Origin: a virus
IMG/VR virus record: IMGVR_UViG_3300031688_001339
Length of the DNA: 64,000 bases
Direction: 5' to 3' (one strand)
The translations under genes and the position numbers were made by a program. Shown piece after piece: positions 9,009-18,646 of this stretch (its first letter is position 1; every line of letters starts with the position of its first letter). The notes below the pieces were generated by a model. The model was not told the origin of the DNA. It searched no databases and worked only from the letters and a program-made list of their open reading frames with translations.

Positions 9009-10540
9009 TTTCTTATTATATAATCATTAATAACTAATATATCTATAGCAGTTTTCTTAAATGTTCTTAATGCATGTTCAGGAGTTTCTACAATAGGTTC
9101 TTGACAGTTAAAACTTGTATTAACTAACATAGGAACACCAGTGATCTCTCCGAACTCTCTTATAAGTTCATAGAATTTACTATTATCTTTTTTATTTACT
9201 GTTTGTATTCTAGCCGTGCCATCAACGTGAGTAACACCAGGTATTACATTTTTCATTTCTGGTTTAACTTTACATATTCTTGACATGTAAGGACTAGGTG
9301 AGTTAGTATCAAAGTATTGTTTATAGTGTTCTTCTAATACGGCTGGTGCAAATGGTCTAAAGTCTTCTCTCATTTTAACAGTACCATTAATAATATCTTT
9401 TATATCAGGATTTCTAGGATCAGCTAATATACTTCTATTACCTAATGCTCTGTTACCACTTTCTGATTTACCTTGAAACCAACCTACTATCTTGCCATCA
9501 GCAAGTGCTTGAGCAATTTCTTTATATGAAGTTAACTTTTCTTCGCCTTTGTAATAGTCATATGATTTGCCAGCATAAACGTTAGAAATATGTACATTAT
9601 TGTTTATTGTATAGTCAGCATGTTGATAAGCACCAATAGCCTGTCCTTCATCACCAATTGCAGGTGGTACATGAACGTTTTGATAGTGTTCAGTAAACAT
9701 TTCATTTACATAACCATTGTAAGCAACTCCACCAGCAAGACAAAGATGATCACAAGTTTTTAATGGATAAACATATTCCTTAATTTTTTCCATTGTAATA
9801 TGTTGTAGTGTATATGCTAAGTCATTTATACCGTGTTTGTCAATCTCTATAGATTTCCATTCTGGATACTTTCTTTCTAAAATAGGTCCTTCTAATATAG
9901 TGGTTAATACATTATAATAGTAATCACTAAATTTACCATAACCAACTTTACCCATAAGTTTACTTGCACCTAGTGTTCCGAAACCTGTAAGATTAGACAT
10001 ATGATTCCATAACCACCCGATAGGAAGTTTTGATGATAGATCAGTTGCTTTACCGTCTCTATCAAAAAATAAACATCTGTATTTTGAGCCAATGCCGTCT
10101 ATTGCAAGTACATCACTTTGTTGATAACCTGAATTTAAAAATGCATAAGCAGCATGTGATTGATGATGATCAATATAATAGATACCATCTTTATAATAAT
10201 TTTGCCATAATGTTTTAACTTCGTAGTCTAAAATCTCATCATGTCCTTTAAATATAGTTTTAAATAATTCTTCTTTTGATTTTCTTATACCACCATAAGT
10301 GTATGTAAATGCTAAAACACTGTCCTCTGGTTTTTTAAGATGTTCTTTTATAAACTGATCATTTAAAGTATAGTCACCAGGATTTAATATATCTGATTGA
10401 TGATTATATGCTTCTGCTCTGTATGGTAAGTTATGTTTAAATCTAGTATGTCTTTCTATCTGATTGTGAAAGACACCATCGTAGGTATTGTGATCGTGTA
10501 AGTTAATTGCGACTGCATTTATTTTCATTTTCTTTTCCAT
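9005..10540 (-). CDS. Carbamoyltransferase (NodU/CmcH/TobZ family)
   Basis: HHQSHAA, IDGIG, LAGGVAYN, GDEGQAIG, RALGNRSILADP, FRPFAP, HVDGTARIQTV, NTSFN. Confidence 0.92.
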   Translation of the reverse strand: MEKKMKINAVAINLHDHNTYDGVFHNQIERHTRFKHNLPYRAEAYNHQSDILNPGDYTLNDQFIKEHLKKPEDSVLAFTYTYGGIRKSKEELFKTIFKGHDEILDYEVKTLWQNYYKDGIYYIDHHQSHAAYAFLNSGYQQSDVLAIDGIGSKYRCLFFDRDGKATDLSSKLPIGWLWNHMSNLTGFGTLGASKLMGKVGYGKFSDYYYNVLTTILEGPILERKYPEWKSIEIDKHGINDLAYTLQHITMEKIKEYVYPLKTCDHLCLAGGVAYNGYVNEMFTEHYQNVHVPPAIGDEGQAIGAYQHADYTINNNVHISNVYAGKSYDYYKGEEKLTSYKEIAQALADGKIVGWFQGKSESGNRALGNRSILADPRNPDIKDIINGTVKMREDFRPFAPAVLEEHYKQYFDTNSPSPYMSRICKVKPEMKNVIPGVTHVDGTARIQTVNKKDNSKFYELIREFGEITGVPMLVNTSFNCQEPIVETPEHALRTFKKTAIDILVINDYIIRK

Positions 10541-10554
10541 TGTTATATTCGCTT

Positions 10555-10562
10555 TATTTATA
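10555..10562 (-). promoter_or_regulatory. Internal late promoter TATAAATA
   Basis: Exact consensus on the minus strand upstream of the carbamoyltransferase. Confidence 0.55.
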
Positions 10563-10956
10563 GTCCCATTAAATCTCTTATTTCAGGATCAATCATATCT
10601 CTAGACCACATAGGTGTCATTGTAATTCTGACTTTACATTTTAATCCTGGAATACTTTCAACAGCTTGTCTAACTCCATTAACTATTTCATCTACTGCTG
10701 GACAAAAAGCAGACGTTAAACTCATTAATACAAATACATATCTTTCAGAGGTAACTTTAACGTCATATATAAGTCCAAGTGTATATATGTCTGTATCAAT
10801 TTCAGGATCATAACAAGTTTTAAGTTTCTCTGTAATCTTATTAATAAACTCTAGACGCATTTCTTGGTCGTCTTTAATATCTGATAAAGTAGCGTTAACT
10901 TGTGGGTCAACCGATGGTGTAGGTTGTCTTAAATCTGGATCATCTGTTTCATTCAT
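10558..10956 (-). CDS. sufT: DUF59/SufT (MIP18-like) Fe-S cluster maturation protein
   Basis: YDPEIDTDIYTLGLIY, MSLTSAFCP, PMWSRDMI. Confidence 0.85.
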   Translation of the reverse strand: MNETDDPDLRQPTPSVDPQVNATLSDIKDDQEMRLEFINKITEKLKTCYDPEIDTDIYTLGLIYDVKVTSERYVFVLMSLTSAFCPAVDEIVNGVRQAVESIPGLKCKVRITMTPMWSRDMIDPEIRDLMGL

Positions 10957-10965
10957 AATTTACTC

Positions 10966-11805
10966 CTATACGTTCAATATGTTAGCGTACTTCTCAATAG
11001 GGAAGTGTCCCTTTGGTTGTACATACTCCTTACATGTTACACAATACTTTTCATATTTAAATAACTGGAAATTCATCATCTTGTCTACGTTTTCTTTTGT
11101 CATAGGAAACGATCTAGATAGTTCAAGATTGTTAGCAAACTTTTTACTACAGTGTACTATAGTTTTTGTTTCAAAGTTTATTACTGGTACCATTGGAAAA
11201 GCGGCACACATTTTACGATCTATTTCAGCTGCTTGTTTATGTACTTCTTCTACATCACCTTTAGTTGGTGTTCTACCATTAAATGCTTTGAACATAGTAT
11301 TTTTATGTTCTAGTTTCTTTTTAAATTCTGGATAGTTTGCTATGTATTTAAAGTAATTAGGTGTTTTAAGTACTACGTTATAGTTATTCATATCATTTGG
11401 TTCTAGATAGTCATAGTTACCTAATTTCTTTATCTCATCTGGATAAAAATCTAACGTTAAATGTTCTACATATAAAATATCTGGGTCTTTTAGTATCTCT
11501 GGGTATCTTTTTCTTATAAAAGAGTTAGATAAAACTTGGCAAATAAAATTAGGGTATTCTTTTACCATTGCAATCACTTCACGCAAGTTCTTAATTAGAC
11601 CTGGCTCTCCACCAAGTAAACATATTCTAGTCTTATAATTCTTTAAACTTTCTAACGTTTCTCTTAAAAAATCTAAATCTACTGTTAAGTTTCTCATTTC
11701 TAGAGTATAACTTGTACAGTAGTGACAATCTTTATTACAAGACATTGATAGAAAGAAATCTACAGCTAAGTAGTTCTTTTGTGCATATGTTAAATCAAAT
11801 TTCAT
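10966..11805 (-). CDS. Radical SAM protein with C-terminal Cys-rich auxiliary domain
   Basis: CNKDCHYC, LLGGEPG; C-terminal C...C...CxxC. Confidence 0.8.
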   Translation of the reverse strand: MKFDLTYAQKNYLAVDFFLSMSCNKDCHYCTSYTLEMRNLTVDLDFLRETLESLKNYKTRICLLGGEPGLIKNLREVIAMVKEYPNFICQVLSNSFIRKRYPEILKDPDILYVEHLTLDFYPDEIKKLGNYDYLEPNDMNNYNVVLKTPNYFKYIANYPEFKKKLEHKNTMFKAFNGRTPTKGDVEEVHKQAAEIDRKMCAAFPMVPVINFETKTIVHCSKKFANNLELSRSFPMTKENVDKMMNFQLFKYEKYCVTCKEYVQPKGHFPIEKYANILNV

Positions 11806-12649
11806 TTTTGTCTTCTTCTAACTGTCTATTTATCTCTAGTTCACCACCAAGAGATTTTTCTATTACCATTTCTGTAAACTTTTTATCATCATAATGCCAC
11901 ATATCCTTTGCATTTTTAAATGTCTTACTGTCTGCTGGCTGTTTTGTCACATCAACCCAATTTATCATATCTTCATATGGTGGTTTATGATCATCTTGTA
12001 CTTGATTAGTTCTTTTCATAAAATCCATTCTGTAATAGGAACCATAACCTAGTGTAACTATCATGTGTGGTGTTCTATTAACATAAGTAGTATCTTGCCA
12101 TCTAGATGGATTTTTAGGAAAACAAGAAGTAAATGAAACGTCTATACCTTTTTCTAATGCCAGGCCAACTAATGATTGAGAAAATAATCCACATTCAAAA
12201 GAAATTAAACTGTCTATTTCGCTTAATTCACTTTCAATAGTTTGTTCCGTAAAGTGACTATCATTATCTACACCCCATTGATTAAATTTATTGTTCTCAC
12301 AAAGTCTTGATTCAAATACCAAAACATATGGAGCACTTATTATATGTTGATAGTTTCTATTTACTAAATGTATTGAATCTTTTATCTTACCCTCTCTCAT
12401 GGCCCTATCTTCGGTTGCATGGTGATTAAATACTGCTTTATTCCATATCTTAATTTTTTCTGATTGATTTTCATCTCCTGGACCTATAATGTTTATCTTA
12501 TAAGGCATAAACTGTTGTTTAGAAGGAGTTACTTCATAAGCTTCTTTAATAACAGAGTTTACTTCTTCTTTAGTTGGCCATTTTTCTCTATCGTACAACC
12601 AAACTTGTTGTCTCTTATTAAGTGCTTTGTATACTGGAGATTTAGTCAT
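11795..12649 (-). CDS. Nitroreductase-fold (FMN-binding) protein
   Basis: N-terminal KRQQV, TPSKQQFMPY, SAPYVLV, ALEKGIDVSF, LGYG. Confidence 0.65.
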   Translation of the reverse strand: MTKSPVYKALNKRQQVWLYDREKWPTKEEVNSVIKEAYEVTPSKQQFMPYKINIIGPGDENQSEKIKIWNKAVFNHHATEDRAMREGKIKDSIHLVNRNYQHIISAPYVLVFESRLCENNKFNQWGVDNDSHFTEQTIESELSEIDSLISFECGLFSQSLVGLALEKGIDVSFTSCFPKNPSRWQDTTYVNRTPHMIVTLGYGSYYRMDFMKRTNQVQDDHKPPYEDMINWVDVTKQPADSKTFKNAKDMWHYDDKKFTEMVIEKSLGGELEINRQLEEDKNEI

Positions 12650-13460
12650 TTATTCCTATATTTAAATCTTGTTTACTAATGTTTAATCTTCTTTTCATTT
12701 CAGTTTTATTTTCGTCTGTAGTTCCAGATGTATCTTCAACCCAATTTATTACATCTTTAAAGTCTGCTTTTCTGTCCATATCCCAATTACTTTTACCGTT
12801 TTCGGTATCAGGACCATTTTCTTCCATCCACTGTTTCTTATAATATTTTCCATGTCCCATAGAACAAGTTAGAAGTGGTAAAGTTGTAACAAAATCTAGA
12901 TCATGCCATTTTTCTACATCTTTAGGAAAACATTGTGTATATGTAATATCAATACCTTTCTCTACTAGTAATCCTGTAAGAGAAGCTACAAACAATCCTA
13001 CTTCAACACTTGTTGCTTGTGCTAGGTTGTTTATTTGATCTTCAAATTCTGGTTCACTAAAGTGACCATCTTCAGCAATACATTTTTGATTCCATGCATT
13101 TGTTTTTCCTGGTTCAACAACTCTAGACGTAATAACTATTACATAAGGAGCGTCTGATAAATGTTGATATGTTTTATTTACTTTTTTAGGTGATTGATCT
13201 ATCTGACCTTTTGATAATGCTCTTTCTTCCACATTATGGTGGTTATGCATTGCCTTATCCCATACTTTAAGTTTTTCATCATCAAACTTTGATTCTGGAC
13301 CTAATATATTTACTTTGTAGGGATAGTAATTTTGTTTTGAGGGTGTCATATGCCAGGCTTTCCAGAGACAATCTTCTATAACTTTTTTATCTGGTATATT
13401 ATCCTTATCGTATTCTATTACGTGTTTACGTTTTAAAAACGTTTCATATATTTTTGACAT
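12642..13460 (-). CDS. Nitroreductase-fold (FMN-binding) protein, paralogue of ORF 11795
   Basis: KRKHVIEY, TPSKQNYYPY, DAPYVIV, VEKGIDITY, MGHG. Confidence 0.65.
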   Translation of the reverse strand: MSKIYETFLKRKHVIEYDKDNIPDKKVIEDCLWKAWHMTPSKQNYYPYKVNILGPESKFDDEKLKVWDKAMHNHHNVEERALSKGQIDQSPKKVNKTYQHLSDAPYVIVITSRVVEPGKTNAWNQKCIAEDGHFSEPEFEDQINNLAQATSVEVGLFVASLTGLLVEKGIDITYTQCFPKDVEKWHDLDFVTTLPLLTCSMGHGKYYKKQWMEENGPDTENGKSNWDMDRKADFKDVINWVEDTSGTTDENKTEMKRRLNISKQDLNIGIND

Positions 13461-14217
13461 TTATTTCTCCTATTAAGAGGTCGGTTATTGCTTGATGTCC
13501 TTTTTCGTTAGGGTGGTCATCTTGGTCAGATACTATAAGGCCTCTTTCTTCCATTTGTATTCCGTCTCTACCTAAAACATGACCGATCATGTTAAAACCA
13601 CCTAGTCTATCATATTTTTCTTGTAAACCAGGCCAACCTATAAAGTTATTTATATGTTTATTATACTTGCCTATTATTTCTAATAATTTTTCCTCATCTT
13701 TAAGTGGATCACCTGGATATTTCATTCTATCCTCGTTTGTCATATTATGAAGTAATCTATCCGATTCTGTAGGTTTTAATCCTTTTAAATATGATTCAAA
13801 CAGATCACCCATTTGAAAATGATAATATGGCAGGTTGTAGTTTTCACACATCATCTGAAAACTTAAATATGTTCTTAAACTTTTAGTTACCCAACCTAAC
13901 AAGTCTCCATCTTGATCAGTTCTTTTAGAGTGCCAACTGCCTAGCCAGCCTGTTTGCCAATCTTTTCTAAATGATTGTGACCAAGCAGCTATAACTAATC
14001 CTATTTCTTCTTTAGGTGTTTTTACTATCTCATCTAATATAGTATCGTGAATGTATTGATTACCTGCTCCACTTTTCGCAACGCAAACAAGTTCCATACC
14101 TAAATGTTTTGCAAGAAGTTCAGGCCATTTTGGCCATGAAAAGTCCCATGTAGGGTGACATATAGACCTAAATGCTAGGTCTGTACAACTATCTCCACTA
14201 ACTATTAATTTTTTCAT
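13444..14217 (-). CDS. SGNH/GDSL hydrolase-fold protein (esterase/acyltransferase)
   Basis: VSGDSCT, AKSGAGN, DDHPNEKGH (DxH). Confidence 0.75.
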   Translation of the reverse strand: MKKLIVSGDSCTDLAFRSICHPTWDFSWPKWPELLAKHLGMELVCVAKSGAGNQYIHDTILDEIVKTPKEEIGLVIAAWSQSFRKDWQTGWLGSWHSKRTDQDGDLLGWVTKSLRTYLSFQMMCENYNLPYYHFQMGDLFESYLKGLKPTESDRLLHNMTNEDRMKYPGDPLKDEEKLLEIIGKYNKHINNFIGWPGLQEKYDRLGGFNMIGHVLGRDGIQMEERGLIVSDQDDHPNEKGHQAITDLLIGEINVKNI

Positions 14218-14506
14218 AGAATAATTTGTTAAATGCTATTTTAAGTTTATGTTTAGGTTCTTCTTTAAAGTTCAAAGGACCGTAATCATATTCAGGCATT
14301 AAGTAAGTCTTCTCAACAATATACTCATACACTGGTTCATGTTCTTTGTCAATTAATGTTTCGTCAAAGATGTCACTAGTACCTAATGCTCTTTTCATCA
14401 TTTGACAAGTTTTAATAAGATTATGATCGGTTATAGGAACAGGATTTTCGTTACTGTCAATATAACTAATTTGATCTAATTCTGTGTTTGCTATTATTTC
14501 AATCAT
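14198..14506 (-). CDS. Hypothetical protein
   Basis: 102-aa ORF overlapping both neighbours in the operon. Confidence 0.55.
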   Translation of the reverse strand: MIEIIANTELDQISYIDSNENPVPITDHNLIKTCQMMKRALGTSDIFDETLIDKEHEPVYEYIVEKTYLMPEYDYGPLNFKEEPKHKLKIAFNKLFYEKINS

Positions 14507-15573
14507 AGGTTATTTAATATTGTATTGCATACATCTTTTACTTCTTCATCTTTCATAAATGGGTGTATTGGTAATGTTAATACAGAGCTACTAACTAGTT
14601 TACTATTTTTACAGTTATCACTTCTATGTTCTATGTTTTTATACATAGGTCTTTCCGAAATAAGTTTTTCATAATGAATATTAGCACCTAGTTTTCCTTT
14701 TATTCTATCTCTTGCCTCATTAGCTTCAACTGGATCTCCTTCATCAAATCTTATAACGTATTTATGATATGTATGATTCAGACCATTTGTTGTTTCTTGT
14801 ACAGCTACATAACCTTTTAGTTCATCATCATATTTTTTTGCTATTATTTGTTTAGCCTCAATATACTGATCTAATTTTTTTAATCTATAATCAATAAATT
14901 TTGCATTAAAGAATAACATTTTAGAATTATATCCTAGTATCTCATGGTTACCGTGTTTTCTTAACTTGATACACATATCAGCATGTTCTTTATTATCTGT
15001 TAATACAATTCCACCACCAGCAATACCACCAATAGTTTTGTTTGCATTAAAACTTATAGTACTAAAATCTCCTTGTGTACCTGCTTTTACACCATTAAGA
15101 CTTGAACCTATGGCCTGAGCTGCGTCTTCTACAAAGTATATATTTTTCTCTTTACAAAATTTTAATATTTCTGCTATATCTGTCATACTGCCAAACAAAT
15201 GTGGATAGATAATTGCTTTTACTTTATCTGAATACATTTTTTTAATACTATCAAGAGTCATATGATAAGAGTATGGGTCTATATCACAAAATACAGGTGT
15301 TGCACCTACCATAGATATACAAGACGCTGTTGATATCCAAGAGAAGTTGGTTGTTATTACTTCATCGCCTGGTTTTATACCTAGACATTTTAGAGAAAAC
15401 ATTAAGGCGTCTGTACCATTTTGACATGCTACGGCATATTTTCTACCTACTATATCTGTAACTGTTTTTTCCAGAAACTCTATGTTTTGTTCCTGATTTT
15501 CTTTCATGCATTCATCAAAGAGTTTAGTATAATTCTCTTTGTCTTCAGCATATTCATATTTCCATGCGTCCAT
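14503..15573 (-). CDS. DegT/DnrJ/EryC1/StrS PLP-dependent sugar aminotransferase
   Basis: NGTDAL, GATPVFCD, EDAAQAIG, SFNANKTIG (catalytic Lys), LTLPIHP. Confidence 0.92.
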   Translation of the reverse strand: MDAWKYEYAEDKENYTKLFDECMKENQEQNIEFLEKTVTDIVGRKYAVACQNGTDALMFSLKCLGIKPGDEVITTNFSWISTASCISMVGATPVFCDIDPYSYHMTLDSIKKMYSDKVKAIIYPHLFGSMTDIAEILKFCKEKNIYFVEDAAQAIGSSLNGVKAGTQGDFSTISFNANKTIGGIAGGGIVLTDNKEHADMCIKLRKHGNHEILGYNSKMLFFNAKFIDYRLKKLDQYIEAKQIIAKKYDDELKGYVAVQETTNGLNHTYHKYVIRFDEGDPVEANEARDRIKGKLGANIHYEKLISERPMYKNIEHRSDNCKNSKLVSSSVLTLPIHPFMKDEEVKDVCNTILNNL

Positions 15574-15938
15574 TATTTCTCCTCTACCATTTTCTTTACT
15601 CCATTTTCATAAACAGTTTCAACCTTTATCTTATCATCTTTAGCCCTTGCTTGGCAATGGTGTAAACAAGTTTGATTGATTTTTTCTAAATTGTCTCCTT
15701 TATCTCTAGCCTGGACTAGATCATCTTCAAAAGCTTGCCATTGTTTAGTGTCTAGTATATTGTCTATACTTTTATAATCTTTAAGTTTACTAATAGAGTA
15801 AATTTCTTTAAATAGTTCACTCTTTGTAGTCTTCGGGTGATCACACCAACAACATGGTAATAAGTGACCTCTATTGTCTATTGCCAAAGGCATTGGTTTC
15901 TCACCATTTATAGGTAAACATTTAGGATTTAATTTCAT
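15573..15938 (-). CDS. Stand-alone SPASM/twitch-like Fe-S protein
   Basis: PKCL...AIDNRGHLLPCCWCD...CLHHC. Confidence 0.7.
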   Translation of the reverse strand: MKLNPKCLPINGEKPMPLAIDNRGHLLPCCWCDHPKTTKSELFKEIYSISKLKDYKSIDNILDTKQWQAFEDDLVQARDKGDNLEKINQTCLHHCQARAKDDKIKVETVYENGVKKMVEEK

Positions 15939-16551
15939 ATACTGCGTTTTTTGATATTAATGCTTTTGTAGGTTTAAGAGGATCATCATTTGTTAACCAT
16001 CTTGATGATTCTGTTAACATAAAATTTATTCCGTTATTATTTGCCATTTTTTTACAAGTCTCAATATCGTTTTCATTATAACTAAATCTAATACATTGCC
16101 ATACAGGTGTACTTAATAAATGTTTAGTCGCCTCTTTCATTATCTCAAACATCTTAACACCATCTTGATTCTTCCTGTATTTATGACTGTCTTTAGGTAG
16201 ACCATCACAGGCGAATATCCATACTGCTTTAGGATTTGCCTGCCAAGATTTAATATACCATGACATAGGTTTAGCTGTAGCTGCATTATGAACAAATACC
16301 TCTGGCACATCTTTTAGTTGAGACATTATATCATTAAATTTAGGGTGATGTACTGGATCCGATAACTGTCCACAAAATGCAACTTCTTTAAAATGTTTTG
16401 CTATCATGTCTATCTCAACAGCGCTTAGATCACGTCCATGGGGTACCAAACCATAGTTGGTAAACGATGTTTGTCTTTGGCAGTTAGGACATTCTAAAGG
16501 ACATCTATGTGTCACATCTAAATTTAATCTACTATTTTTTTTAAATGACAT
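15922..16551 (-). CDS. Short radical SAM core protein
   Basis: HRCPLECPNCQR, FCGQLSDPVHHP, DGLP, YRKNQD. Confidence 0.82.
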   Translation of the reverse strand: MSFKKNSRLNLDVTHRCPLECPNCQRQTSFTNYGLVPHGRDLSAVEIDMIAKHFKEVAFCGQLSDPVHHPKFNDIMSQLKDVPEVFVHNAATAKPMSWYIKSWQANPKAVWIFACDGLPKDSHKYRKNQDGVKMFEIMKEATKHLLSTPVWQCIRFSYNENDIETCKKMANNNGINFMLTESSRWLTNDDPLKPTKALISKNAVYEIKS

Positions 16552-16934
16552 TACTTTGTATCTTTTTTTAATTCTTTTCCGTCTCTATATGTTGTTTCTA
16601 CCTTTATCTTATCTTCCTTTTCTCTTACCTTACAGTGGTGAATACATACACCATTGATCTTATTAAGATTATCTCCTACGTCTCTAGCTCTAACTAAATC
16701 ATTTTCAAATTCTTTCCATTCTGGTTGATCCATTAATTGTTCAACTGTATCAAAATTTTCAAGTTTACTTACATCATATATCTTTTTAAATCTTTCACTA
16801 TTAGTAACTGCCCTTTCGTCACACCAACAACAAGGTAATATGTAACCTCTATTGTTTATTGCCAATGGCATAGATATGTAATTAGGGTCGTCTGGATTAG
16901 GAAGACAACGAGGTCTTAATTTAATATTCTTCAT
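16551..16934 (-). CDS. Stand-alone SPASM/twitch-like Fe-S protein
   Basis: PRCL...AINNRGYILPCCWCD...CIHHC; paralogue of ORF 15573. Confidence 0.7.
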   Translation of the reverse strand: MKNIKLRPRCLPNPDDPNYISMPLAINNRGYILPCCWCDERAVTNSERFKKIYDVSKLENFDTVEQLMDQPEWKEFENDLVRARDVGDNLNKINGVCIHHCKVREKEDKIKVETTYRDGKELKKDTK

Positions 16935-17586
16935 ATTTCCTTCTACCTTCTAATTTATCTTTTAATGTTTGTTTATATTTACCTGTCGGTCTAAATGGAT
17001 CAGGTTTTCCGTCTCTATCTTTCCATCTGGAAGATTGTGTTAGTAGAAAATCTATTCCATTACTATTGGCCATGTTCTTAGCTTCTTCTATATCATTTTC
17101 GTTATAGTTAAATATTATGTATTGCCATATTGGTATTACTTTTAAATGTTTAACAGACTCCTTCATTATCTCAAACATTTTTTCTCCATCTTGGTTTTTT
17201 CTATACTTGTGGCTATCTTTTGGTAAACCATCACACGCAAAAGTCCATAGAGCATTTGGATTTGCTTTCCAAGATTTAATATACCATGCCATAGGTTTTG
17301 CTGTAGAGGCATTGTGTACTAAAACTTCAGGTATTTCAAGATCATGTAGTCTTTGTAGTATTTGAGGAAATTTAGGGTGGTGTATAGGGTCAGATAACTG
17401 ACCACAGAAAGTAAAAGACTTAAAGTGTATTGCTAGTTTTTCTATTTCTATCATTGTCAAGTCACGACCATGAGGTACTTTACCTCTAAATGTAAAAGCA
17501 GTTTGTCTTTGACAATTAGGACATTCAAGAGGACATCTATGGGAAGAGTCTACGTTTATCGTTGTTCTAGTTTTAAAGTATGTCAT
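16921..17586 (-). CDS. Short radical SAM core protein, paralogue of ORF 15922
   Basis: HRCPLECPNCQR, FCGQLSDPIHHP. Confidence 0.82.
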   Translation of the reverse strand: MTYFKTRTTINVDSSHRCPLECPNCQRQTAFTFRGKVPHGRDLTMIEIEKLAIHFKSFTFCGQLSDPIHHPKFPQILQRLHDLEIPEVLVHNASTAKPMAWYIKSWKANPNALWTFACDGLPKDSHKYRKNQDGEKMFEIMKESVKHLKVIPIWQYIIFNYNENDIEEAKNMANSNGIDFLLTQSSRWKDRDGKPDPFRPTGKYKQTLKDKLEGRRKYEEY

Positions 17587-18442
17587 TCATTGCCTTTATA
17601 ATTACTTCTATGTTTGGTCTATTAACTGGATCAGTAAGACAGTTGGCAGGTCTTTTGTAGTAAACAGGTCCTGCGTCTTTAATATTTTTATCTCTTACAT
17701 ATACAAAGTTCATTCCGAAGAAACGACACTCTTGCATTAATCTTGGTGCCGGATCAAATGTATGTTTAGTGTAAACGTAAGTATCAAACATACCTAGTAA
17801 ATTTTTTACAGGTACAAATATGTGATTTAGATTATGATCTATGTACTTATCTTTGTATGCCAATATACCATGATTTTGGTATTTGTGAATATGTTTCTTT
17901 AGTTCAGTGTAATAACTTTCATTTGTACCTAAAAATAGATACTTAAACTTAACATCTTTAACTATAGGTTTATATACACTGTAATTAATAATCTTTTCAA
18001 ATTGTCTACCTATGCCATTAACATATACCTCATGGTCGCATAAGTCAATTACTTTTTCTGGTTTAAAAAATTCTAGTGCTAAAGGATATTCTTTTGGGTG
18101 GTTTTCTGAATATACTGATATAAGAGGTTTCTTAAATAACAAACGTAAAGTTAATTGTGTATCTTTATCATAATCTTTGATACTCTTATATGCTAGAGTT
18201 ATCATACTTCTACCCATAATTAAATTTACATCAGCTTCTTCATAATCAAAATATACATTTTTCATATGTATATATTTTTCTGTTAAAGCTTCAATGTATG
18301 TTTCCTTGGTAAATTTGTAGTGAGGTATAATTATAAGTTTTGCGTTGATACCTAGATCATTTAGATATTGTACTTGTTCAAAGCTATAATGCATTAATCC
18401 GTCACCTGGTTTACTAGTCACCACTATATTCAATCTCATCAT
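17573..18442 (-). CDS. Hypothetical protein, possibly GT-B glycosyltransferase-like
   Basis: KYLFLGT and DPAPRLMQECRFFG resemble the GT-B C-terminal domain; the ATG at 18448 lies within the promoter, so start at 18442 or 18439 is preferred. Confidence 0.45.
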   Translation of the reverse strand: MMRLNIVVTSKPGDGLMHYSFEQVQYLNDLGINAKLIIIPHYKFTKETYIEALTEKYIHMKNVYFDYEEADVNLIMGRSMITLAYKSIKDYDKDTQLTLRLLFKKPLISVYSENHPKEYPLALEFFKPEKVIDLCDHEVYVNGIGRQFEKIINYSVYKPIVKDVKFKYLFLGTNESYYTELKKHIHKYQNHGILAYKDKYIDHNLNHIFVPVKNLLGMFDTYVYTKHTFDPAPRLMQECRFFGMNFVYVRDKNIKDAGPVYYKRPANCLTDPVNRPNIEVIIKAMNDIL

Positions 18443-18447
18443 ACGCA

Positions 18448-18468
18448 TATTTATAACACTTATAAATA
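18448..18468. promoter_or_regulatory. Back-to-back divergent late promoters (18448-18455 minus; 18461-18468 plus)
   Basis: TATTTATAA-CAC-TTATAAATA inverted repeat containing two exact TATAAATA. Confidence 0.8.
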
Positions 18469-18490
18469 ATGGATATAGAATGGAGGTCTA

Positions 18491-18646
18491 ATGACAATAA
18501 AACAAAAACATAAAGACTTAAAGACTAAAGTAATTAAAGCAGAGACAAAAAGAGAATTGAGACGAGGTCCTACAAGTTGGTTTGACCTACGTATGTTAAA
18601 GAAACTAAAATTACAAATGAAAGACAAATTAAAATTATCTAAATGA
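18491..18646 (+). CDS. 51-aa DUF465/YdcH-like coiled-coil protein (not in the ORF track)
   Basis: MTIKQKHKDLKTKVIKAETKRELRRGPTSWFDLRMLKKLKLQMKDKLKLSK; SD GGAGGT; ATGA overlap with the next gene. Confidence 0.65.
   Translation: MTIKQKHKDLKTKVIKAETKRELRRGPTSWFDLRMLKKLKLQMKDKLKLSK

Noticed and set aside
15922-16934. Radical SAM/SPASM splits as pseudogenes or assembly frameshifts
   Set aside because: The split recurs in three diverged copies with different junctions, each small ORF has its own ATG, and the Cys motifs are intact.
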